Source: Octopus bimaculoides (taxonomy: Eukaryota). From it: a stretch of 64,000 nucleotides of DNA. How positions within the stretch are numbered: the first letter of the stretch is position 1; every line of letters begins with the position of its first letter. The stretch covers positions 51,981,315-52,045,314 of the forward strand of contig NC_068999.1 of the NCBI RefSeq assembly GCF_001194135.2, in the 5' to 3' direction. Of this stretch, positions 40,901-51,308 are shown one piece after another. The notes beneath the pieces were generated by a model. It was given only the letters and a program-made list of their open reading frames with translations. It was not told where the DNA came from and ran no database searches. Position numbers and translations under genes: made by a program.

Positions 40901-41579
40901 TCAAGATCATTTGGTTATAAATAGAATCCTAAATGTTGAAATTCTTCCACACAACTTTCTTGAAAATGTCTTTTCAAAAATAACCATTCCAAAATGCTTC
41001 TCAGATGTCTTCTATCATCGTATTTTACCAATTTTTTTCTCTAAAGTCTTGTATTTCTGTTTCTTTTGTTTTTTTTCTTTCTACGTGAATGGTACTCATC
41101 TTACAATGTAGTTATTATATCAAAAGCATTATGGCTAGCTAATATTCAAAATAAATTTCTTTAATGTAACTAAAAGATGATGTTTCACTGCCTTTTGATA
41201 TGTTTGTTGGTGTATGAATGTAATAATGGATATAATAAGAACATCATGTTAAATCTGTGATGCATTCCGATAAGTCTTACACCCAAAGACAACAGTTCTT
41301 ATATAGAAATCAGTACTTCATTTCCCTGCATATCTTGATATTTTTATAACTGTGAAATTAGCTTTACCAAATTCTTCTCTAGATATTTCATAGACGTTCT
41401 GTTTATCAAAATAAAAGTACATATTTAATCCTTTTCCTTGTTTATTATAATTTTCTCTGGATGGCAATATTCATTAACTAATTAAACTATTTGGCAACTG
41501 AAATAACAACTGAGTAGATATAGCATAGTGGGGGGGCAGTAGGGGAGATCTGGGTCTGCTGTAGGCAATATGTGTCTTT

Positions 41580-41813
41580 TGTGGGGTCTGGGGTGCTGGG
41601 CAAGATGCTTAGCAGTATTTCGTCTGCCGCTACATTCTGAGTTCAGATTCTGCTGAGGTCCACTTTGCCATTCATTCTTCTGGGCTCAATTAAATAAGTA
41701 CCAGTTATGTATTGGGGTCGATGTAATCAACTTAATCCGCTCCCCCAAGCTGCCCTTGTGGCAAAAATTTGAAATCATTATTATTATCATTATTATTATT
41801 ATTATTATTATTA

Positions 41814-41859
<46 letters not shown>

Positions 41860-42352
41860 AGCTTGCAGAATCATTAGCACACTAGACAAAATGCTTAGCA
41901 GTATTTCATCCATCTTTATATTCTGAGTTCAAATTCCATGGAGGTCAGCTTTACCTTTCATCCTTTCACGGTCGATAAATAAGGACCAGTCAAGTACTAT
42001 GGTTGATGTAATCAACTTCCCCCTCCCCTCAAAAACTGCTGACCCAGCACCAAAATCTGAAAGCATTATTATTATTGTTGCTGTTGTTGTTGTTGTTATT
42101 GTGATGGACTGGCAGAATTACTTGAGTGCCAGAAAAAGAATACTTTTCCCTATTTGTTCTGGCTTTTTATGTTCTGAATCCAAATCTTGCCAAGGTCAGC
42201 TTAGCATTTCATTGTATTGTGCGAGTCAATAAAATAATGTAGCAGTGAAGTACTGGGGTTGACGGTATTGCCCAACCCCATTTCCCTCCAAATTTGTGGC
42301 CTTGTGCCTATATCAGAAGTCATTGCCTTTATTGTTGTTGTTGTTGTTGTTG

Positions 42353-42428
<76 letters not shown>

Positions 42429-42545
42429 GGCAGTGAGTTGGAAGAATTGCTAGCATGCCAGGCAAAATGCTTACTGGCTTTTCGTTTGTCCTTACTTTCT
42501 GAGTTCAAATTCTGCCAAGGTCAACTTCGCCTTTCATCTTTCCCT
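41580..42545 (+). mobile_element. Cluster of four same-orientation family-A SINEs separated by (ATT)n/(GTT)n tracts
   Basis: The consensus ...cttagcagtatttc...ttctgagttcaaattc...ggtc.actttgcctttcatc... repeats. Other family-A copies are at about 1091-1301(-), 5975-6165, 9595-9720, 13190-13395(-), 19010-19210, 20270-20486, 20650-20860, 31815-31985, 37420-37625, 43560-43740 and 55015-55200. Confidence 0.8.
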
Positions 42546-43244
42546 CACCCCTGTGGGTTTCTTTTTCTTTTCCTTTGGAATATTATTAAATAATAATAGA
42601 AAAAGCATATAAATTTCAGGATTTCTTCCTTTTTACATAGATTGGGAAAACATTTGTAAGAAAGCCATTTTAGTTTTTCTTTTATTTTAAACTAGCATTC
42701 ACCATGTTTTTTTCTAAGAATGGTAATTATAATTTATGAACCATTGTAGTTTGAAATGGCAATTGTAACATTGTATTTAATGTTGAGATTGTTCTTTTCT
42801 TCTTCCTGCCCCACGAAACACCCTTCACTCGATACTTTTTTTTTTTATCTATATAGATCAATCTACATTTTCTGCTCTACATTTCTCTGTGGTCCGACAT
42901 TATTCTGGAACCAGTAGTATTTATTGTTCTTCTGCTCAGGTTGTCATTATTCCCAGAAAATCACACACATACAAAAAGGTGGCACTCTATCATGATGTTA
43001 GCTGTAATGGTTAAAACAAGCACAAGAACTAAACAATGCACTATTTCTGATGTTATTGTCTCAATGTACTTCCAAGTCTCAGTATTCTCTCTCTCTCTCT
43101 CTCCTAAACACCCACAAATACACATGCATACACATAGAAACATACCCAAACATATACTGGATTATTATTTGAAAGTCCTTAGCAGCAAAAAAAAGTTGTT
43201 TCTCCTTCATTATATTCTTTTCCTGGAGACATAGGTATGCATAT

Positions 43245-43456
43245 CTACACATACATGGTGGTTGTCTACTCCTTAAACAGAGTTTGACCACCTCCTGCAC
43301 CTACACCTTAGCCCTTTCATGGCGTCTGATGTGGCTTTTTAAACCAGACAGTGTTTTGAAAAAACACCCACACAGATTGCACCTCTGATTTGCACTACCA
43401 ATACCTGCAAGTAAGTTCTGCTCATTGTGGATCCTAACATGTCTTTTAAGACCCCC
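43245..43456 (-). mobile_element. 3' end of a LINE (RTE-type) encoding C2H2 zinc fingers
   Basis: The translation is GGLKRHVRIH...CNLCGCFFKTLSGLKSHIRRH-ERAKV-stop (43301-43303), followed by a short 3' tail. It is 5'-truncated at an (ATAC)n tract and has no TGEKP linker. Confidence 0.55.
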
Positions 43457-43761
43457 ATACATACATACATACATACATACATACATACATACATACATAC
43501 ATACATACATACATACATACATACATACACTACATACATGCATACACACACACACACACATTCCTGAAGGCAAATTGGCAGAATCATTAGAACAAAATAC
43601 TAAGCAGTGTTTAATTATGGCTCCTTACATTTTGAGTTCAAATCCTGCCAAGACTAACTTTACATTTTATTCTTCCAGGGTTGATAAGATAAAGTACACA
43701 TCAAGTATTGGGGTCAATTTATATCCCTGTAATGCATCCTAGATGTGAATGGGGATATAAG

Positions 43762-43805
<44 letters not shown>

Positions 43806-43894
43806 AAAATTGTATGTAATATAATTTTAATCCTCGGATTTTTTTAATATGCTAGACCACTGGTTTTAATTGATTAATATCAATTTCTACCCTC

Positions 43895-43951
<57 letters not shown>

Positions 43952-44798
43952 ATGCATGTATATATATGTGTGTGTCTACATATATGTATGTGTATTACTG
44001 TTAGTAAATATATAAAAAACAAACAAATCTGCTGCATGACTAAACTAAAGAACATGCATGTTTTGAATTAGAAAAATATATATATTTAAAGCAAATAGGA
44101 ATGTCACACTTGTAATGTTTATCAGAATTGTGCTGTTGATAATGCTTTAGACTTTGAAGTAAAATATAAGGAGTCTGTGTGTGTGTGTGTGTGTGTGTGT
44201 AGGTTATGTATATACATACATGTGACTGAAAAGTTTGTGTATATATATACATATATGTACATACATGCACACACAAATATATATATGTGTGTGTGTGTGT
44301 GTGTAGACATTGGTGCAATATGCTCTTCAAATACAATTGTTATGAATTAAACAAGCTTACAAGATACAACAAAATTTTAGCATAAATTTGTTTGAATTTA
44401 AAATAAAATAAAATACAATATAATAAAAACGAATAAAGTTAGACAATGCATTTGAGTTTCATAACATTTAGTTAGAGTAGAATATCTGCTCTACTAATGC
44501 ATTTATTTCTGTCATTGGTATGCAAAAACAGTTGGGGAATATTAACTGCTTTTAAATCCACTTTCTCAGCCACCAGTTAATAATACTTCTAAAATATCTG
44601 TTTTACTTCTTCCCTCACCCTCACTTTTCTGAATGCATCAAGTGGTAACTGTTATTTTATGTAGACACTTTCTATCCTCGATGTACACACACACACACAC
44701 ACACACACCAAACACACCCTTTTACAGATATGTATTCCCACAAATTGCAGTTATCTCTCAATGTAAATGCATATGTGTACATATATAATATATATATA

Positions 44799-44857
<59 letters not shown>

Positions 44858-44868
44858 GTACATACATA

Positions 44869-44899
<31 letters not shown>

Positions 44900-45063
44900 A
44901 ACACACACATATACATGTGCGTTATAAGTATGTATAAGTACATAAACATATGTGTACATATATATTTATATAATTTTTGAAAGAAAATTCTCACTATATT
45001 TACCTATATGCACATCAAAATATATATACATATGTGTGTGTATATGTATATGTATAAATACGT

Positions 45064-45099
<36 letters not shown>

Positions 45100-45299
45100 G
45101 TGCATGAGTGTGTATATAAATATGTATAAATGCGTGTGTATATTTATATGTGTGTGGGTATATATATGTAAATGTATATATGCATACACAGAAACATATG
45201 CATGTACATGTATACGCATACAAATACATAAGAAAATACACACATACTTACACATACACACCTAACTTTTTTGTTTATTTTGTTTTTATCTTTCTCCAG

Positions 45300-45395
45300 C
45301 AAGTACTGTCGTTTCAGCCATGGCTGGCTATGTTCGGTCTTTCTTCTTCACTATATCGTTTGTCTTACCTGTCAGCTCACTACCGCCTCTGCCAC
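45300..45395 (+). CDS. Isolated candidate exon (96 nt); possible signal peptide MAGYVRSFFFTISFVLPVSSLP from ATG 45320
   Basis: A CTAAC branch point (45262-45266), ~30-nt pyrimidine tract and AG (45298-45299) precede it. The start context is gccATGg and the donor is CAC|GTTAGT. All three frames are open, so the product is uncertain. Confidence 0.35.
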
Positions 45396-45904
45396 GTTAG
45401 TAAAGTACAGTGTATGCTGGAGACTACAACATTGATCCATATTTGATTTGCTGTTTTTGAATCACAGAAAAAAAAAAAACAAACAAAAAGCAGTGAGATG
45501 ATAACCATTTATCCATAATAGTTGACTCTTGTAAACATTGCCATGAATAAATTCCGCTATCGCATATAACCATATTTCTGTCAGTGTTTATATTTCCTTT
45601 TGAATTTTGTTTTTATTTTCATTTTCTGTGTTTTTTTATTCATCATCATCATCATTTAATGTCTGCTTTCCATGCTGGCATGGGTTGGACAATTTGACAG
45701 GAGCTGGCGAGGCAGAAGACTACACCATGCTTTGCTTTCTGCTTTGGCATGGTTTTTATGGCTGGATGTCCTTCCTAACACCAACCACTCACATTATTTG
45801 TATAATTTCAAGAAAACAAAACACAAGCACATACAAGGTTCATTCTAGAAGACTTCAGACTTCTCCAGGACAGACATTTATTAATTTCAGAGAAGTACAA
45901 AGCT

Positions 45905-46440
45905 CTAATCTCCTTCAATGTAGGATCTTTTGATTTTAAAGCACCTGTTGTAGTACTCCGGTGACTTCATGAAGGCACCATAGAAGTCATCCAAAGTTAA
46001 AATGTCCAGGACCTTTGTCACAGCTTCCCTCATCTTCGAAAAGACTGTCCCAGAAGTTCTTCAGCTTGGAGAACAACCAAAAAGTCACAGAGAGCAAGGT
46101 CTGGAAAGTAGGGAGGATGAGGAATAATTTTGATACTCATCTCTATCAAGCAGCTGGCTACCAGGACACTCATCACTGAGTACTCTAGGAACAAACTTTT
46201 GCACAAATTTTTCACATACTGAAATCTTCATGAATAATTCTGCATGTAGTTGCCACATGCCAACTCCAAACTTTTTGCCTGTTGTCTTTACAGACACATC
46301 ACAGTCTTCATCCGGAAAATTGTGAATTTTCTCAACTAACTCTGATGTTCTGATGTCCTCCCTCATGACCTCTCATTGTTTCTCACATCCTCTCTACCAC
46401 TCTTGAACCTCTCCTGCCAGTGTAAAAATTAATCTATACA
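45905..46440 (-). mobile_element. Internally deleted mariner transposase relic
   Basis: The translation contains IPHPPYFPDLALCDF (YSPDLAPCDF motif) and TSELVEKIH..DEDCDVSV...KFVPRVLSDE (WVP region). Confidence 0.85.
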
Positions 46441-46606
46441 GTCTGAAGTAGTCCAGAAGTTTCTGTAGTGTTTTTTTTTCCTAGTTTAATACAAAACCTT
46501 ATTACATAGCAAACTCCCAAACGCCCTGACTGCATTCCACAAACTAGTCAGCTGTGACAAGCAGTGTTTAGTTGGGTGTGTTCAAAGTGTTATACAGCAG
46601 TTCCCT

Positions 46607-46818
46607 TTAACCCTTTCAATATCAACCCGGCTGAAACCGCCTCTGGCTCTGTAGTATAAATGTCTGGTTTTCATAAGTTTTGAATTAAAATCTTCCACCA
46701 AATCTTAGTCACAATTTAGGTTCCTAACACTAGCTGAATGATAACTAAGTTATTTTACCAAATTCTTTGTTATATTTAAAATTAACTGAAAGAAACACAG
46801 AGCGTCTCAAAATAAATA
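46607..46818. mobile_element. piggyBac-type MITE, one end only
   Basis: It starts TTAA-CCCTTTC. No matching distal end was found. Confidence 0.4.
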
Positions 46819-46999
46819 CATTTCTTTCTTTAACTTCTTCCTAGTTTTTGTTGTCTGCTGAAATAATCGTGTCAACGTACATATAGGAAATTAATTAGTG
46901 GTTTCATTAAGTGAATTCACAGGAGGTGAGGATAGGCAAGTAGGATTAAAACACTCGTGTTCTGTACCCGCAAAAAGCTATACTAGTTACTTCCCTTGA

Positions 47000-47963
47000 N
47001 NNNNNNNNNNNNNNNNNNNNNNNNNNNNNNNNNNNNNNNNNNNNNNNNNNNNNNNNNNNNNNNNNNNNNNNNNNNNNNNNNNNNNNNNNNNNNNNNNNNN
47101 NNNNNNNNNNNNNNNNNNNNNNNNNNNNNNNNNNNNNNNNNNNNNNNNNNNNNNNNNNNNNNNNNNNNNNNNNNNNNNNNNNNNNNNNNNNNNNNNNNNN
47201 NNNNNNNNNNNNNNNNNNNNNNNNNNNNNNNNNNNNNNNNNNNNNNNNNNNNNNNNNNNNNNNNNNNNNNNNNNNNNNNNNNNNNNNNNNNNNNNNNNNN
47301 NNNNNNNNNNNNNNNNNNNNNNNNNNNNNNNNNNNNNNNNNNNNNNNNNNNNNNNNNNNNNNNNNNNNNNNNNNNNNNNNNNNNNNNNNNNNNNNNNNNN
47401 NNNNNNNNNNNNNNNNNNNNNNNNNNNNNNNNNNNNNNNNNNNNNNNNNNNNNNNNNNNNNNNNNNNNNNNNNNNNNNNNNNNNNNNNNNNNNNNNNNNN
47501 NNNNNNNNNNNNNNNNNNNNNNNNNNNNNNNNNNNNNNNNNNNNNNNNNNNNNNNNNNNNNNNNNNNNNNNNNNNNNNNNNNNNNNNNNNNNNNNNNNNN
47601 NNNNNNNNNNNNNNNNNNNNNNNNNNNNNNNNNNNNNNNNNNNNNNNNNNNNNNNNNNNNNNNNNNNNNNNNNNNNNNNNNNNNNNNNNNNNNNNNNNNN
47701 NNNNNNNNNNNNNNNNNNNNNNNNNNNNNNNNNNNNNNNNNNNNNNNNNNNNNNNNNNNNNNNNNNNNNNNNNNNNNNNNNNNNNNNNNNNNNNNNNNNN
47801 NNNNNNNNNNNNNNNNNNNNNNNNNNNNNNNNNNNNNNNNNNNNNNNNNNNNNNNNNNNNNNNNNNNNNNNNNNNNNNNNNNNNNNNNNNNNNNNNNNNN
47901 NNNNNNNNNNNNNNNNNNNNNNNNNNNNNNNNNNNNNNNNNNNNNNNNNNNNNNNNNNNNNNN
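47000..47963. other. Largest assembly gap; other large gaps at 7664-7995, 11941-12624, 21903-22230, 27151-27582 and 29463-30078
   Basis: Runs of N. Confidence 1.
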
Positions 47964-48248
47964 TCCACAGACACGTGTACCCTTAACGTAGTTCTCTGGG
48001 ATATTCAGCGTGACAGTGTGACAAGGCTGACCCTTTGAATTACAGGTACAACAGAAACAGGAAGTAAGAGTGAGAGAAAGTTGTGGTGGAAGAGTACAGC
48101 AGGGTTCGCCACCATCTCCTGCCGGAGCCTCGTGGAGCTTTAGGTGTTTTCGCTGAATAAACACTCACAACGCCCGGTCTGGGAATCGAAACCGCGATCC
48201 TATGACCGCGAGTCCGCTGCCCTAACCACTGAGCCATTGCGCCTCCAC
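47964..48248 (-). mobile_element. Young tRNA-derived SINE (family D here)
   Basis: The A box TGGCTCAGTGG is at 48236-48226 and the B box GGTTTCGATTCCC at 48193-48181. Many CpGs are intact. The body continues into the gap, and related 3' parts occur at 22490-22610 (+) and 57470-57590 (-). Confidence 0.8.
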
Positions 48249-49025
48249 AACATGCAGGAACAGCCTGGAGATTAGCACGAAGAGTTATGTTGTTCATAAT
48301 CCAAACCGTTTAATGTTTCATAAACTGATTCTGTACAGATGAGTTTAATTTAAAGAAAGAATTTCTACATAGTCACTTTCCCTGAACAATGTATCGATCA
48401 AATTGCTCCACCAACAGAAACTAGATAATCAACCGTAACTCCAACACTTCCAAACGCGAAAGGTAATTTCAAATGAATATATAAGACACTGCATTCATTC
48501 TGAAAGCTATCGAACATTCTAAAATATCATCTTGCTTAATCGAGTGTTATCTCATTTCTGAGGCTTAGTATCCTGATATCAAATCTAAACATTTTTCCCG
48601 TGTCTTCAATTTTCTTTTACTGGGAGAATCTTAAGATTCTGTGCAAGAAATAGCTTTTCTCCAAATTACCTATCACAGTTATCTCCCCTGCACTGCACAG
48701 TCATTCTCTCAGCTTGTTCCATTGTTATCCTTGTAGTTTTTGGTTTCACATCCACTAAATCATATTTGACTCATTTCTCTTCAGATTTCTTCCCTCAATA
48801 TTCACGTATGACTGTCGTATGAGATCGCATAACTTTGTTGAAAAGTCTCTTCTGCTGCATGGTCCACCCTATTTTGTTTATGTCTTCTTCAGAAGCTTCC
48901 CCACCTTTATCTGGGTAAGCAAGGTCTTTCACATTCATTCATCAATTCTTTAATTTCTGATATATATATTACAACTCATCACGTGGGGATAATCGAAATT
49001 CCTCCCTTTCTGTTACTATATATAT

Positions 49026-49210
49026 ATTGCTTCTCGGCCTTTTGGCTGAGATCAAAGTGAAGTATCTGTTCTTAGCTTAATAGCTGATACAGTCCCTACT
49101 TGGGACCATCAGTGTTAAACTGGTTTTTAGAACAAGGCAATGATTTGGGGGTTTGCTCTGCCTTTGCTACGGGTTGGCTTAGTATTGCAGTACTTCCAGG
49201 ATTTAGCCCA
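49026..49210 (+). pseudogene. U2: U2 snRNA full-length pseudogene
   Basis: The sequence ATTGCTTCTCGGCCTTTTGGCTGAGATCAAAGTG...GTATTGCAGTACTTCCAGGATTTAGCCCA matches U2 end to end. The branch-point recognition GUAGUA is GAAGTA (49059-49064), stem IIa lacks about 3 nt, and the Sm site reads GTTTTTA. Confidence 0.9.
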
Positions 49211-49510
49211 TCTCCCACCCGGAGACACAAATTAATAGGCACAGGAGTGGCTGGGTGGTAAGAAGCTTGCTTCCCAACCACATGGTTCCCAGTTCAGTCC
49301 CACTGCATGGCACCTTGGGCAAGTGTCTTCTACTATAACCTTGGGCAAACCAAGCCTTGTGAGTGAATTTGGTAGACGGAAACTGAAAGAAGCCCATTGT
49401 ATATATATGTATATATAGTTGGAATTTACAAAAAAAAAAAAAAAAGACGAAGACAGGTGTGTAAACAACAAACAGGTGTATTAGTTTAATGCTCGGGAAG
49501 GTGAGAAAGT

Positions 49511-49542
49511 CTTTTACGTTTCGAGCCTACGATCTTCAACTG
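49511..49542 (-). ncRNA. Degenerate hammerhead motif inside an insertion in a SINE
   Basis: The layout is CAGTTGA-A-GATC(gtag)GCTC-GAAAC-GT-A-AAAG. The 3' half is canonical, and the 5' core has two mismatches. Confidence 0.45.
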
Positions 49543-49794
49543 AAGATGGCCGGACAGAGGTGGTCAGACAGGAGAGCTTGAGAACTGCCATCGCTTGAGA
49601 ACCGACGCTGGTGTGTTCATATCCCCGTAACATTAGCGGTTCGGCAAAATAAATCGATAAAATAAGTACTAGGCTTACAAAGAATAAGTTATGGGGTCGA
49701 TTTTTTCGACTAAAACTCTTCAAGCATAGCTGCAGTCAAATGACTGAAACAAGTAAAAGAATGTATGTGTGCTTAAGGCGTAGGTAATTAATAG

Positions 49795-49852
49795 GCACAC
49801 CACCCGTTTTTGGCGTTTAGGGTTAGGGTTACTCCCAAAACGAGTGGTGTGC
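49795..49852. repeat. 58-bp hairpin enclosing telomeric TTAGGG units
   Basis: The arms GCACACCACCCGTTTTTGG and CCAAAACGAGTGGTGTGC surround TTAGGGTTAGGGTTA (49817-49831). Confidence 0.8.
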
Positions 49853-50109
49853 GTATTCTTTACCTCCGCTCGTACTTAGTTGCTTGACATGACGGGATAA
49901 CAGGTGATGGAACAGCTTGAAGGGAAACAACCTTTGTTATTCGAATTAATTCCGTATAATAAAATTATTGTTCAACTCCATTTCAATCTTGATCGAACAA
50001 ACCTGTCTATGATCCAGCTGTGACCATCCCAGATTTTATTTATACGTCGTCTGAATAGAAGATGGTCGCAGCTGGACTACAAAAGACAGCAATATATATN
50101 NNNNNNNNN

Positions 50110-50146
<37 letters not shown>

Positions 50147-50312
50147 TTATGAATACCTTGATGCGTGAATAAACTGTCGAATTTTAGCATATTTTAAATA
50201 AATAAATGACGAAATAACAATTTGCTATGTTTATACACAGCGTGTTAGACGTGCATTTTTGATAGATTTCTGAAATACTAGTAAGAATATTATTTTGATA
50301 GTGCCTTCTATA

Positions 50313-50502
50313 TATAAAAGTTAAGCAAACCTTCAGAAAAATTTTGAAAATCTTGTATTTTATTCAGAAACGGTGGTTAATGTTGACCGTATATTAGTGT
50401 GTTTTGGTATCAAATACGGATGCATCCGGTTTAGCTGCCACCCGTTGTTATTGGGTGCTAACCGGATTCAAAAGAACGTGTGGTTGTAACTCTACAAGAA
50501 AA
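50313..50502 (+). promoter_or_regulatory. Candidate distal promoter and non-coding first exon (secreted serpin isoform)
   Basis: TATAAAAG lies at 50313-50320. A locally CpG-rich stretch follows, ending at donor AAAA|GTGAGT (GT 50503-50504). There is no transcript evidence. Confidence 0.4.
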
Positions 50503-51276
50503 GTGAGTTTTGTTTATTTATTTTTTATGTTAGTAAGGAATACTTAAATGCGAGAAAAAAATAATACTTTGGTTACTTTGCTGTTCATTTTATATTTAAA
50601 ACTACTTGTATGACAGGTTTAAGAAATCAACAGGAAGACACCTCCGTTGTGAACCTGTCATTTGAGCAATAAAGACAGGGCGTAGTAACAGGTGAATGAT
50701 TTGCTAAGGTGAAGCACTAGATTTGTATCTATCTGTGGATTATTTATCTCAATTACGAACTCTCAGTACAGTGATCAAATAAAATTTTCCAACTCATCAC
50801 TGGGATTTGGCTTAAACCAGTTTTAGACGCAAAGTTTCAAAATAATTTGTTTTCCATTTCTTTTTACCAAGGATATTATTGTGTGTGTGTGTGGCTGCGT
50901 AGCAACAAGTTCACATCTCAACCACATGGTTCCAGGTTAAGTCCCGCAGTGGCACTTTAGCAAGTTGCTTCTACTATAGCCTTGGGTCAACCAAGGCCTT
51001 GTGAGAAGATTAGGTAGATGGAAACCAAAAGAAGTTGCATTGCGTGTATATATATATAATAAATAATAATATATATATATATATAGCGTCATCATCGTTT
51101 AATGTCCGTTTTCTTTGCTGACATAGGTTGGACAGTTTGATAGGTCTGGAAAGCCAGCGGCTGCACCAGACTCCAATCTAATCTAGCAAAATTTCTACAG
51201 CTGGATGCCCTTCCTAAAGCCAACCACTCCAAGTGCTTGAAATGCAGTGTATATGTATATATATATACATACATAT

Positions 51277-51308
<32 letters not shown>

